Of a DNA stretch of 42,119 bases, positions 1 to 12,483 are shown in pieces. This stretch comes from Patellaria atrata CBS 101060 (taxonomy: Eukaryota). Below the pieces are notes generated by a model, which ran no database searches, was not told the DNA's origin, and saw only the letters and a program-made list of their open reading frames with translations. The position numbers and the translations under genes were made by a program. Position 1 is the first letter of the stretch; each line of letters begins with the position of its first letter. The stretch lies in the NCBI GenBank assembly GCA_010093705.1, contig MU006121.1, positions 124,001 through 166,119 of the forward strand. The letters are read 5' to 3'.

Positions 1-2019
1 CTGTCTGCACCCTTCTACCGCTTCGGGATCGAACACGGATTCCTCGAGCATGCGACCAGTCTTACTGTAGCAACCATAAACCGCCCATGCGCCCTCTGCT
101 GTCTTCAGAGCTCGGCCTGCGGTAAGTCGATGAATGCGCAAGTGCCAGCAGTCACTAGCTTCCGTCGGTGGCACTAGCCAGGTTTTAACGTCGACGTCAG
201 GCCAAGGTTTCATACTGCTGACGAGCACAGGGACGCCTTCCAGCGTCTCGATATCACTGTCACCGTCGAGGGCGCGACGCATCTTCCATATCTCGCCGTC
301 GTCGTCGGAGAGCGCGAGCGAGGACTCGGGCACAAACTGTTCCAGCGTATAAGAACCGGTAGGGACCGAGTACGCGAAGGCAGAGGAATAGGAAAATTTG
401 CCATATTTAGCTTGCGTCGCCTTGAGAGGGTAATGGCAGCTTTGGCCGGAGGAAAGGAGGAATGTGTGTCCACCGCCAGCGCCACGGCACATGATGTGGC
501 GTGGATGTGGTAATGGACGGATTATGGGCAGGTGGAAGAGAGGATAAGGCTCCTCGTCTACCGTCCAGAAGGGGTGTGTGGGTGGTAGAGCTAGCGGAGC
601 AAAGGCGAGCATACTCCAGTACGGTGAACCAGGGGAGTTGTAATTTTCCGCAAGGTAGGTATTTGGGTATGTGTATCCAATAGAGAGCATACCATTTGAA
701 TGGAAAATATCGGGATGCTTGCTCCACCACCTCAAATTACGCAACCAGATACCCTTAACAACGCCCCAGCTGAGGGGTTCGGGTAGCTCGAGATCTGCAA
801 ATGCCACAGCAGCCCAAAATCCAACCATGGCGAAGCGATACGTTAAGCTCCGACCGAATGTTATTGCACGACCCTCGGGATCCCAATAATGCACGAAATC
901 TAGAGCGTACTTTTTGGCACGGTCTCTATATTCCGACGCTTGTTCAGGGTCGGAATCCGCCGCGAGTGTTGCATAGAGAAGTTGCAAATACTGGATTGCA
1001 AAGGAACCGGAATAATAGTCCATCTGGCGGTAGCCTTCAGGGCCATCGTTTGACCACCCATCGCCGCGGTAGAAGGTATTTAGTTGTTTGATATCGGCAT
1101 TTAGACGATCTTGTGAGAAGGCGGCTCCCTGTTTCTTTAGTCCGAGATTGGCGAATACACGGAACCATAGCCTGAAATATTAGCAATAAGTGAGTAGACG
1201 GGATAAGATTAGAATTGCAATGATGATTTCGTCAGGAAGGCAATTCACGGCTGAACGAGGAATATGAAGCATAAGCATATATGAGGAAAAATGTGTAAGA
1301 TCAAATCACCAATATTGATTCGCAAGACAGTAAATTCTGTTGATTTTGAGGTCTGAAGTACGACAGACAAATCTCTGGTGACGGTGTACATGACTCTTAG
1401 ACGAAAGTCTAAGTGTCTCTAGCTTTCTTTCAATCATGGCGACTCAAGTGAGAACGATTAGATATGGGGGGAACATGAAGTGAAATGTGTATGATAGATA
1501 TTACGTCAAGACACGTAGTTGCACTTACCAGTTAGTGTTGGGCATCTCTTTATCGTTCATACTCCCGAGCCACGTCTCTATGTTATCTTTCTGTTTCTGT
1601 GTCAAAGGGTCCCAGAACTCATGGCCTGCTATAGCGAGCGTGTATCCGATTGGACATGCTTCTACCATCCTTTGATCGATATCTTCCATGTAGCCCCAGA
1701 ATTCCGGACTTTCAGGATCAGTGCCGTTGACCAAGCCATTAACAAATCTCTGAGTGCCGGAATACTTGCTTCCTCCAGCAAGTAGAGGCGCGAGACCCCA
1801 GAGAGGACGAGCATATCCTTCAACCTGGGCTGCAGTTTCATCGAACCTAGTACCTGTACCGGAGACCTTCACAAGAGCTCCTCCGGAGGAAGTACCGCCG
1901 GCGAGGGGATCGAGTAATGAGGCGACTGCATCAACAACATTATCACGGGTCCGTAGAGGATTTTTGCAGAAAGGATGGAGTGGAAATGGGCGGTTAGCGC
2001 TCGCAGCCGCTGCTGTCAT
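1..2019 (-). CDS. DUF2264-family protein (GH154-like putative beta-glucuronidase), 3' end runs off the window; exons 2019-1529 and 1171-<1
   Basis: Exon 1 has [22 protein letters not shown] and DQRMVE, ending NTNW. After a GTAAGT..GCTAAT..CAG intron (1528-1172) the frame continues [59 protein letters not shown]. These are typical DUF2264 motifs. No signal peptide is evident. Confidence 0.9.
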
Positions 2020-3997
2020 GGCTTGTTTTTTTTTTTTTATATAGCCGTACTGGTTGTCCAGAAAGGCAGAACTGGGATTAAAAAATAATAATTAAGGGAC
2101 TAAAATCCAGAAGCAAGGCCGTCAACAATTCCCTTTTCACTTTGTTCGTTTTGTCGTTGGAGCAGGACCAAAGAACAGTCCCATGAAAGCTTCCACGACT
2201 AGAAAACGATCTTCTTTAAGCACTTTCGGAAGACAAGACGGAACTTTTCTTTTGGTTTGATAGGTAATGCGGCACCGTTACAAGAATTTGAATCTGGATA
2301 GTAGTAGGATTGCTTAAGTCTGTAGTTGTGGGATGTTCCACTTTGGAAAGATGGTGGTGAAGTCAACACCGACTCACAGACCGAGAGGGGAAATTCTGGA
2401 ACCTTTCGCGCCGTTCTTCTGGAAGGTTTGTTGAATTCAGGCGTGAATTGATCTCCATAGTGACTTTGGGCATGGCACCCCGTTGGTCGTTTCCGGGTAA
2501 ATGCATGATTGACGGAGGAATTTATGGGCCTGCAGGCTACTTGTGGGTGTACTGGTAGAAATCGTAGAACTAGAGTAGATCCATCGTCGCCACGCCTTCG
2601 CTAAGGTGCAACTATATGAATGTAATAATGACAATAGGAGCATCAGAGCTTCTAGAAAACGGTGGCAAAGGAAAAGGACACATGACTGAGGTGCAAGTTG
2701 AACCAGATAAAGAAAAGTCCAGAGTAGTACGCGTGAATCATGCAACACTGCAGTTGATTAGACTTGACGGGTAGCGTAGGAGAGATATGACAGGAGAGAT
2801 TCGAATTCATGGAATATAAAGTCCAGCGAATATACTTTTAAGTTTGTTCTTTTCCAGCCTCTTCAACTCCTTCATACCTTAGTTTTGTGGAGAGGAGGTC
2901 CAAAGGGTCCTTGGTCGTAGAATTTCTTCCCCAGAATTTCTGTTGATAAGGTGGCTTGCGGGATTGCGGCACTTTGGCCCACAATGGTTTAGCACTCAAC
3001 ACTAAAACTAGCTATAAACAGAACAAGTTAGATTGTAAAACAGTAACTGATGATTATTAAGAATGGAACGTACAGTACAATAGCCTTTCGTATTTGTTAC
3101 TATAGTTCTACTCTACCTGGTTCTAGTTCTATTGTATACATGGTTCGTACTGGTTAGATCTAGTATCCAGATATCGCTGCAGCACATTACAGTAGTGACG
3201 AGTCGGGCACTGTACAGTACAAGTAGATATACAAGTACTGTACAGATAGTTCTAATCGACGGTTAAAAGCAAGGGTAAAATATGCCACCACCACGAGAGC
3301 CGAAGACCTCATCAGAGTTAGAAAGGTCTACAAGCAAAGAAGCAGCCGGTAAACCGATCATAATCTGAGCATCTTTCTTTCCCCCTCACTACTCTGTACT
3401 ACTTTTACTGCTGTAAGAGTTGGATTTACTACTGTACATATCAAAGTGTTGGAGAGTAATTGGAAAGAGATCAGCCTCTCTGCCGTCTCTCACAAATCAA
3501 AACCCAGTCACCCCTCAAACCACACCCCCCCGGCCTCCTTGTAGAAGTGGTAGTAGCCGGCACTCAGAGGCAAATAAAGGTGATGAACACCATGATCACC
3601 CATGAAGAGCATGGAAGACTTTCCATCAAGAGTTAAACCTCATCGAGATACTTTAGATTGCCGTTGTCCACTTACCGACTTGGCATGTCAAGGTTCGCTA
3701 TTTTCCCACAAATGACATGCATCTATCCGTCTGCAAACTGACTAGAAATCAACATGCTGCCCAGTACATATCTGTTCCACCGGGTCGCTGGAAAGTGGAA
3801 ACCGTCTTGATAAACATGATAAACTGACCACCTCCCAGAGGCCCTGGTTGATAGTTATATTCTGTCTTTTGCTAGAGTCAACCAGTGTACGGTACAGCAG
3901 ACCAGCTGTCTTTCATTAATTTGCCCCCAACTTGTTCGACTCCTTCACCTTTCCATTCCACGTTGCTGCTACCTCCATCGAGGAACTAGCTGTCAAG

Positions 3998-5955
3998 ATG
4001 CCTGCTGGAGCTGGAGCGAGATTCCTCCAGAGAATTGTTAAAAATGATGCCATGAAAAGTGATCCTCCAGAGATCTATGGATGGAGGTCTTTTGCGATAG
4101 CATGTTCAGCATGCTTCGGTGGTATGCTCTTCGGTATGGATGTCGGTATCATCGGCGGTGTGCTGATTCTGCCTGCCTTCAAGCAGTGAGTACCCTCCAA
4201 CGATTCTTTTCCAACATAGTATATCACGCAATCGCCTGATAGTAAGGCCGTCTGACCTTCATGGTGAATGACACGCGTGGACAACCATACTGGGCTAGAG
4301 ATCTTATGGTACACTGTATGCTCACAAGTGATCAGGGATTATGGACTTCAAGGCTTGAATGACACTGCTCTGGCCGATCTCCAGGCAAATATCGTCTCAA
4401 CTCTGCAAGCTGGATGTTTTGTCGGAGCACTCTTCGCGTCTTGGGTTGCAGACAAGATAGGCCGCCGCATGTGCCTGATCTATGCCGCTCTTATCACTTG
4501 TATAGGATGTATCTTCCAAGCCGCTGGTGAGGGTGAAATCGCCGTCATGTACATTGGCCGGTAAGTAATAGACATCCGGAAATCACTCTAACCGAGCTTA
4601 TTTGATATATCAAGCTTGATTGCCGGTCTTGGTGTCGGTGCTGCGTCTATGGTCGTACCCCTTTACGTCTCTGAGAATGCTCCTCGTGCCATTCGCGGCG
4701 GATTGACTGGGCTTTACCAGCTATTCATCGCGACTGGAGTCATGCTTGCCTTCTGGATCAACTACGGTAGTCTTCGTCATCTCAATGGCAATGCTACTTA
4801 CAGTAAGCGGATTCGCAATGAGTGCCACTTGTAATATCAAGGCTAACCAAGTGACAGTCGTACCCTTAGCTTGCCAGGCCATCCCCGCTGTGTGCCTTCT
4901 TGTCGGTATGTACTTCTGCAACGAGTCGCCCCGTTGGCTCGCGAAAGCAGATCGATGGGAGGATGCCACTCGCGAATTGGCTAAAGTTCGTCATCTCCCA
5001 CCAACTCACCCTTACATTAAGGATGAAATCTCCGAGATCAACGCACAGCTGGAGCATGAGCGCATGTTGATCGGTGGCGCCAGTGTCATGGACCTGCAAA
5101 GGGAGATGTGGAAAATTCCCGGGAACCGAAAGAGAGCTATCATCTCTATTACTTTGATGATTTGTCAACAGATGACGGGAACCAATGCGAGTAAGTAGAA
5201 TCCTAAGCTTGGGTGATACCCATGGGATATTACTGATCAGGAGGTTAGTCAACTATTACGCTCCGCTGATCTTCCAACAACTCGGTATCGCTAAGGCTGA
5301 TACGGGCCTTTTCGCCACCGGCCTGTATGGAGTCGTCAAAATGATTACTTGCGCAGGATTTCTACTCTTCGCCGCTGATAGTTTGGGAAGACGACGATCA
5401 CTTCTCTGGACCAGCATCGCCCAGGGTTGCTCCATGTTCTATGTCGGCTTGTACGTGCGAATTCAACCTCCAGTAGCTGGGCAAGCTGTCCCTCCGGCGG
5501 GATACTTCGCCCTCGTCTGCATCTTCCTCTTCGCTGGTTTCTTTCAGTTCGGCTGGGGCCCTGTCTGCTGGATCTACGTTTCCGAAATCCCAACTGCACG
5601 TCTTCGATCTCAAAATGTCGCTCTTGCCGCGGCTACGCAGTGGCTATTCAACTTTGTTGTCGCCCGCGCGACACCAAACATGCTTAAGACGGTCGGAAAG
5701 GCTGGATACGGCGCATTCCTGATCTACGGCTCATTCTGTTTCTCCATGTTTATCTTCGTATGGTTCTTTATTCCTGAGACCAAAGGTCTTTCCCTCGAGA
5801 AGATGGATGACCTCTTCGGTGTTACGGAGCTCGTCAAGAAGGTCGAGGAAGAAGAAGGCATTTCCACCCCTACCCGTGAGATCTCCATCGACGGTAAGGC
5901 TATTTCAAGCCACGTTGAGACTGCGCCAGTTGCGGAAAAGGATATCAAGCAATAG
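3998..5955 (+). CDS. gatA: MFS sugar-porter transporter, quinate permease/D-galacturonate transporter (GAT-1/GatA) clade; exons 3998-4185, 4336-4560, 4615-4802, 4858-5190, 5249-5955
   Basis: The spliced frame is continuous through four GT-AG introns. Sugar-porter motifs: [45 protein letters not shown]. The N-terminus [18 protein letters not shown] and [17 protein letters not shown] resemble Neurospora GAT-1 as I recall it. Confidence 0.88.
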
Positions 5956-6392
5956 GATATCTCAGTATAAAGCATAAACCACCCATTCTGGCGATAGAAA
6001 GGAGTGGATAGTCTAATAATACTGTAGTTTTTGTTAATGCAAACGTTCAACAACTTGCTCCCTGATGTGTGACCGTCAATCTGCAGCCCGTATTTCCTGA
6101 CCATCTTACTCTTGTGTCTATATCGCCGGCTGAAAGCGAACCGGCCCGACCTTTCAGGTGCTGTATTCTGTTTCTGTGTACAGAGTATTATTTATATGCT
6201 TTTGGACGAAGGTACGTTTTTATGTCCTTCAGACTTAATCCATGGCATCCGCGGAACGACTTCGGCGATGACGAAAAGCTTGAATCCTTGATATCCGAGG
6301 TCTGACAATATTTCGAGCTTGGAACTACTGCACTGCTTTGGTACGAACTTCGACAGTAACATGTTCGTCGAGTTCTATTACTTACCTCCCTA

Positions 6393-7482
6393 ATGTCTTC
6401 AAACTCTGGTGACGATGTGAGTCTGGCATGTATTCAGTTGAGCTTACCAGCTGTAAAAGTATTTTAACTACATCACCTAGGCCCTCAACAACACTCCCCC
6501 TTTAGTATCACTCCTTGCGGGAGCTATTGCCGGAGGTATAGAAGCAGGGTCAACAGTCTGTATCACACATGAATAGCATAGGAAGAATATTTAATTGAAA
6601 TCTCCAGTACCCCTTCGAATTCGCTAAAACCCGTGTTCAACTACGTCAGGAATTCGGCGTACCAACCCCCAGGACCCCGTTTGCGGTTATCCCCCAAGTG
6701 ATTCGAGATGAAGGTCTACGTGCCATCTATAGAGGCTGTCCCCCACTAGTGATAGTATGCAACTTTGGACTAATATTTTCCATTCCGAACACTGTTAATC
6801 AAAAAGTCACTAGGGCTCCCTCGCCAAAGATGGCATTCGTTTTCTCTCTTTCGATACTATCAAACAGTCCTTCTCTGATCCGGAGACTGGCACGCTCTCA
6901 CCGTTGCGCAACCTTCTGGCTGGTATGTCAGCCGGCGTCGTAGCCTCCATATGTGCCGTGACACCAACCGAACGCATCAAAACCGCACTCATTGACGACG
7001 CCAGACACGCTCGCCGGTTCCGCTCCTCATGGCACGCTATCCGGCTCATATACGCTGAGGACGGCTTTTTGGGCCTCTACCGTGGATTCGCAGGTACAAC
7101 GCTGAAACAGGCATCCGCGACCGCCTTCCGGATGGGGACGTACAACATCTTGAAAGACTTTGAGCGCACACGGGATATCGAACAGTCCACTGCAGTTAAT
7201 TTCGTTAATGGAAGCGTGGCCGGCATCGTGACGACATATGCCACGCAGCCCTTTGATTGCCTAAAAACACGCAGCCAGAGTGCCTCGAGAACGACGACGG
7301 TGGAAGCGTTCAAGAGTATTTTGGCAGATTATGGGATTAAAGGGTTCTGGAAAGGGACGACGATGCGGCTGAGTAGGACGGTGTTTTCCGGGGGTATCCT
7401 TTTCATATGCTATGAACAGAGCGTGAAGATTTTGAACCCGTTGTTCGGTGTTGTCAAAGGAAAAGTCTTTGAGGAGACATAA
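6393..7482 (+). CDS. Mitochondrial carrier (SLC25), CTP1/tricarboxylate-carrier-like paralog; exons 6393-6416, 6481-6555, 6608-6754, 6814-7482
   Basis: Three Px[DE]xxK signatures (YPFEFAKTR, TPTERIKTA, QPFDCLKTR), plus LAGAIAGGIEA and FWKGTTMRLSR..SGGILF. The introns are GT-AG and keep the frame. Confidence 0.9.
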
Positions 7483-7614
7483 GTTGGGCGAAATGCGAAA
7501 CTATGGGATAACAATAGCACCATCGTGGTTGCACTAGTAGCAACCACCTTCTGGATACCTTAGATCGTAGCTTCATCTCTCGGTCGTACCTTCAACTACG
7601 ACGAGCAGAGCACG

Positions 7615-8511
7615 CTAACCTTTACTCTTCATCTGTTGATTTACCAATGTGATCTGGCTCCCCAACTCGGCAATCGTATTCCTTCTGCCAAGTGCGTCTG
7701 AGCCGTCCTGAACTTCTGAGGATCCATCATTGTCAGTCTTCTCCCTCGGCACAGCATCTTCCCCTTCTAGAATGGTGATTTCATCGTCATCCTTTGCCTC
7801 AGTTTTAAGGTGACCGACAATGCCACACGTTCTGCCGAATAGGAAGGTAATCGTTGTTTCTATGTCCTCCTTCAGTCCGCTTTGAAGTAACACTTTGCAC
7901 CCCGGTTTCTCCATGTCTTTGCACCCCTCTATCCCGTACGCGACGATGCTAGCTTCCCACATATTGCGGGTCTTGGGCATGGAGGCGTTAGAATCGATGC
8001 GGGCTTTTGCAAAGAGCCCTTTTGGGGATGAAGGTAGTGCAACTGTTACGCTCCGGCCGGCAACTACGAGATCGATGCTCTGCCCGGGCTGACAGTGCCA
8101 GATCAGATTCGCGTTCGCGAGGATCTGGTCCCGATAGAAGGAGAGCTTGAGCATGTGGCCGGGGATGGAAGACTCGAAAGTTGTGTACATGCGTGCGGCC
8201 TGGCAAATAAGGCGGTGTGGAAATGTATCGCCTCGGTGATAGGAGATATGTATCGTAGAGTGTTATGTTGGTGTTACCCAGCGGAGTTGCTGACACTGGC
8301 CGTCCTGCACAGGATCATGTTCCCGGACTGTAAAATAATTACACGGTACAGGTCCAGTGGAATCTGATATAGGTCCAGCAGAGAAGGTCTGGGGATGGAC
8401 GCCGCCAGGTAGTAGTCGAGTCCAGTTGTTGGGGGTGAGGTAAGGTATGTAGATGGTAAGATGGTTGTCCTTTCTTGTGGGTGCTGGTATTGTGAAGGAC
8501 GAATGGCGCAT
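7615..8511 (-). CDS. Hypothetical protein; probable exons 8511-8278 and 8199-7615
   Basis: A 191-aa ORF can be joined in phase to an upstream ORF (MRHSSFTIP...QQLRW) by a GTAACA..CAG intron at 8277-8200. No recognisable domain, and the branch site is weak. Confidence 0.45.
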
Positions 8512-9365
8512 CTTGGCGAGTCCAAAATGTATCCGTACGGTACAATACTGTACTCGACAGAGCCTCAAGTCTTGTATCATAAAATTCACAAAGAAAATCC
8601 CTACCGCACTTTACAGATACGGTAAGGTAGTAGATGTCGCGTGCCTACTTACCTTGAAGGGGTTCCGACACCATCAGCCCGGGCTCTTGATGTACGAACG
8701 TTTTTTGTTCCGTCTTGGATACTGTAAGGCGTGCCTAGAAAGCTCAAAGCGAAGGTAAGGTAGAGACTTGGATGTTACCAAAGGAGAAAATACGCAGGGG
8801 ATAGTCCGTAATTGTCGGGTTTGCTACATTAAGCCTGCCAGAGTCCAAGTTGGAAGCTGATGTGAGATGCAACTCGTGGTATTGGCAGCGCGCGTAATGC
8901 AACAAGAATCCAATGATAACATGATCTACTATGTCTCTGGAATTCTGTTTGATCTACCCTTTGGGACGCTTAATCTGCCGTATACAATCGTGATGATGTT
9001 TTCCTCCTTTTATGAACCATGAACTAACTGATCTGATACCTCCTGAGAAGAAACGCAAGCATCTATGAGTACACTAATTCTACCTAGGATGATAGATCCT
9101 GACTACCAGGAGATTGTCCTAGAAATGTATCGTGCTCTTCATCTGCTAGTATCTGGCTTTAATGTATGAGAGCCGCAAACACTGGCGCGCTATAGCATAT
9201 GTACATCTCAAGGGTCAAGCTCGCCGAGTCACTTTCGCGGCACCAGAGATATCAGAGACGCAACCTTACACAAATAGTTATTTTTGTTTTTCGAATGCTC
9301 CGTAGTCCGAACATGCACTACTGACTGTCGCAGGAGGTAGATTCAAAGATACTAAGGAGACCATA

Positions 9366-10559
9366 TCACGACTGCTCGCAACTTATCAGATCCAATGCCC
9401 ATCGATGGACTGCATCACGAAGAGACTGGGAGACACCTTCCTCGTGCCAAAAGTGACCCGCACCAGGCACTTCTTGATATTCGAAAAGCGAACCGGATTC
9501 GCTACGCATTTTTTCGGCCCACGCACGTTGCTTCTTGACAGAGGAAAAGATATCCTGGTCGCCAAAGACAGCAAGGGTCCTATGAAAATTGGAGCTTTCG
9601 TAAGAATCATGAGGGGTTTTCCGTAGAAATGCGGTTGGAAATGAAAAGTGGATAATTACAGACACAGGCGGTTGTAGAGGCGCGATGATTAGATATGCTG
9701 TGGATGCCACGGGTATTGAGGATGAGTACGACGAGTCTAATGATAGCGTAGTATGCTCTTCACTTTTCCGGCGTGCGGATTTGAATCTACGTGATATGTC
9801 CAGACTACGCCTTAGACCGTCGTGACTACGTCTACGCACATCGACTGACGTTTCCTCCCCGCCTATTGTAACTGAATGGGAGTGAGCATGTCCTTTGTCA
9901 TTTCTCCTTTCCTTACGTGAATGTGATCCCGCTGTAACATTTGCTTTTGACTCTTGTGTTGCTTGGCTAGCTAAACTTTTGGCTCGCAGTAAAACTTCTG
10001 ACGCTGTCGTGCCTTCCTCATGAGAGCGTAGCCTTTGGAGGATATCATTTGTTGGAGGAAGATGAGAGAGAACTAGTGAACCATACGAGTATCCACCAAG
10101 GATAACATTGATTTTTTGAGCTGAAGAGTGCGGAGGTAATGGATGAGGTGAAGTAGACGGAGAGACAGATGATGGTTGGAAATTGTCTAGGAAGTGTACA
10201 AAAAAGTTAATGAAAGTAATATAATCCTCTAATTCCGGCCTTCCGCTCCAGCTGGTCCGACCTTTGGAGTTGCCTGCACCCCTAAAGTTGAATAGTCCAA
10301 CGATAAAGCCTAGGGAGAGTAATTCTTTCGCAGTAAGCCCGACAACTGGATCGTCGTAGGATCCGCCAAGGGGTGCGTAGGGGTGGGCAATGATAGCCCC
10401 ATGTTTGCTCGATATCTGATCAGCGAGACTGATGTCTCCCAGTATTCCCGCCGTAGAGGTTCTCCGTGTAATTTTAGGAAGATAGATACGACAGTCGAGA
10501 GGTGTATCATCGAGAAGCGACGGGATCACGAAGGTGTAATTTGGCTTCATAAACCCCAT
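9366..10559 (-). CDS. Alpha/beta-hydrolase fold protein (397 aa, single exon)
   Basis: AHPYAPLGGSYDDPVV, FNFRGAG.S.G..SW.G, nucleophile elbow GGYSYG, acid FGDQDIF and His GAGHFW. Confidence 0.88.
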   Translation of the reverse strand: MGFMKPNYTFVIPSLLDDTPLDCRIYLPKITRRTSTAGILGDISLADQISSKHGAIIAHPYAPLGGSYDDPVVGLTAKELLSLGFIVGLFNFRGAGNSKGRTSWSGRPELEDYITFINFFVHFLDNFQPSSVSPSTSPHPLPPHSSAQKINVILGGYSYGSLVLSHLPPTNDILQRLRSHEEGTTASEVLLRAKSLASQATQESKANVTAGSHSRKERRNDKGHAHSHSVTIGGEETSVDVRRRSHDGLRRSLDISRRFKSARRKSEEHTTLSLDSSYSSSIPVASTAYLIIAPLQPPVSVIIHFSFPTAFLRKTPHDSYESSNFHRTLAVFGDQDIFSSVKKQRAWAEKMRSESGSLFEYQEVPGAGHFWHEEGVSQSLRDAVHRWALDLISCEQS

Positions 10560-11004
10560 GACCGATTGACGCGCTGAATTGAACTCTTGTGAATACCATT
10601 ACTCTATTGCAATGGCGACTTGCTCAGAAGTGATGTAAACGCAAAAGCATCGGGTGGTCGAGGTTTGTCTGTACCTTACCTTATTAGATATTGCCCTGCG
10701 ATTAGGGATTGCTTTGTCATCAAGAACTATACACTAACCACACATGGATAATCTTTTATTTCTGCACTTAGGATGAACTTAGGACGAGAGACACATGACA
10801 GATAGAACCAGAACGAATGTGAGTCCTATGTAAGGATTTTTTGATAATACGATAAGTCAACGCTCCTAAGTCAAGGTTGTATCATCCAATGGAAGCATCT
10901 GTCAACACTTGGAAGACATTGTCTCGTCTATAAACGTCATTTCTTGTTGTATTAAATTACTATTTCAAAGGAATTAAATATCTACAGGTGGTAAAATGGT
11001 CGAG

Positions 11005-12483
11005 CTAGTCAGTATTGGCTTCCTGATGAGAGATCAAGAGTTCCGGATCGGGTCCGTCGTCATCATCAGTGTCGAAATAATGCGTCCTTCGGCCTTCTAT
11101 ACCGCCGCCAGTCGAAGAAGACTGGCCGGAAAGATGAATTACTGAGCCCGTAAGAGGTCCGTGATGAGCTGGTGCTTTCATATCGACTAGCTCGGTACTG
11201 TTTTTACTCGAAAGGTCCTTTGTACTCTCAAGTACGGAGTCGAGTACTTTTCTCCCTTGTTTGAATGCATCAAGCTCAGCCCCTATACAACACACAAGTA
11301 GATTCCAATTCCTCGTCTCCGCGAGCGTTAGCTTACTATGCAATTGATCTATTTTGCGATCCATCTCCACTACAAGGGCTGCCAAGGTAGATTCAGCATG
11401 ACCACTGTTTTGTTCGTACAGATTCATTGACCGCATTTCGTTGCGGAGGTGTCTTTCAAAATCGCTCACTTCTTGTATAACGTCATCCCATACAATAGCG
11501 CCCTCTTCTAGGGCTTCACGTTCCATCTGCACGTTCAACCTTCTCTTCTCGACGAGTTTATGCTGTTCTTGCCAGTACTCACGGGCGACACTAAGCGTCC
11601 TGCGGTTTGCTGGCAACGATAGCAACGTCGAAGCGGACGGCGTAGCTTTGTAGGTGAAAAGGGGAGGCCTAATGAGAAAGCTCTGGATACTCTCGTCGAG
11701 ATTCAACAAGGCGGTCTTGTACGAAGATAGTTTTGACTGAACGGAATTATCCAAACTGGAGAGCTCTGTAAGAATTCTTCGATGCTTTGCCTTCAAGTCT
11801 GCTAGTCTATCTTCCATATCTATAATCTTCGAGTGAAGTTTATCTGCTTGTTCTTGGAGCTCTTGCTTCTGGGATCCGGCCTTTCCTTTTTCTATCTGCT
11901 GTATTCTGCGCTCTAACCCTTCCCTTTTACTAGACCAGTCTTCCAACTTTCGGACTGTTGCTCGGTTGTTAGATATATCATCTTTCAAAAGATGCTCTTC
12001 TTCGTCTTTGATCACTACGAGATGTCGAATAGTCTTCAGTATCCCACGACGAGCTGCACGTAGTCCAAGGGGAGGACGTGCAGCTTTGCCCGAACCGGAG
12101 ACACGGCTGCTGGATCGGCTCCCAAAAGCTGTTGGTGTGGAACTCCCGTTGGATGCTTCATCCTGGAAGGTGGGTTGACCATGGCCAGCAACAAGGCCCT
12201 CCGCTTGCGCATCAAGAAGACCTTGCAGGTCTTCATGCAGTAGATATTCCCTTTTCTGAAGCGCCAGTAGAGTGTCCGGCACATTCCTCCGTCGATCTAA
12301 TTCCGCGGTTGGAATGACAAGGCTGGTGGCGATGGGTGGTGGCAGTTGCACAGAGTCTGTAACAGCATCTTCACTCGTCCATCTTGGGAGCTCGTGCTGG
12401 GATCTTGAGAGCAACCGTTTCGAGGGAGGGGACGAGGAAGCTAACCAGGACGCGAATAGTGACATTCTGTTCAGATGATGCAC
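11005..12483 (-). CDS. atg28: Autophagy-related protein 28 homolog (coiled-coil)
   Basis: LQGLLDAQAEGLVAG, a long coiled coil, NSVQSKLSSY and C-terminal AETRNWNLLVCCIGAELDAF, as recalled for filamentous-fungal Atg28. Confidence 0.75.
   Translation of the reverse strand: MHHLNRMSLFASWLASSSPPSKRLLSRSQHELPRWTSEDAVTDSVQLPPPIATSLVIPTAELDRRRNVPDTLLALQKREYLLHEDLQGLLDAQAEGLVAGHGQPTFQDEASNGSSTPTAFGSRSSSRVSGSGKAARPPLGLRAARRGILKTIRHLVVIKDEEEHLLKDDISNNRATVRKLEDWSSKREGLERRIQQIEKGKAGSQKQELQEQADKLHSKIIDMEDRLADLKAKHRRILTELSSLDNSVQSKLSSYKTALLNLDESIQSFLIRPPLFTYKATPSASTLLSLPANRRTLSVAREYWQEQHKLVEKRRLNVQMEREALEEGAIVWDDVIQEVSDFERHLRNEMRSMNLYEQNSGHAESTLAALVVEMDRKIDQLHSKLTLAETRNWNLLVCCIGAELDAFKQGRKVLDSVLESTKDLSSKNSTELVDMKAPAHHGPLTGSVIHLSGQSSSTGGGIEGRRTHYFDTDDDDGPDPELLISHQEANTD

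Noticed and set aside
134..1091. Several short ORFs listed in the track over 134-1091, and similar antisense ORFs over other genes
   Set aside because: They are shadow frames of the DUF2264 exon 2 and other real coding exons.
3924..3930. Galacturonate-responsive element (CCNCCAA) upstream of the transporter
   Set aside because: There is a single CCCCCAA match lacking the TCC..AAT context, and it probably lies in the 5' UTR. This is expected by chance.
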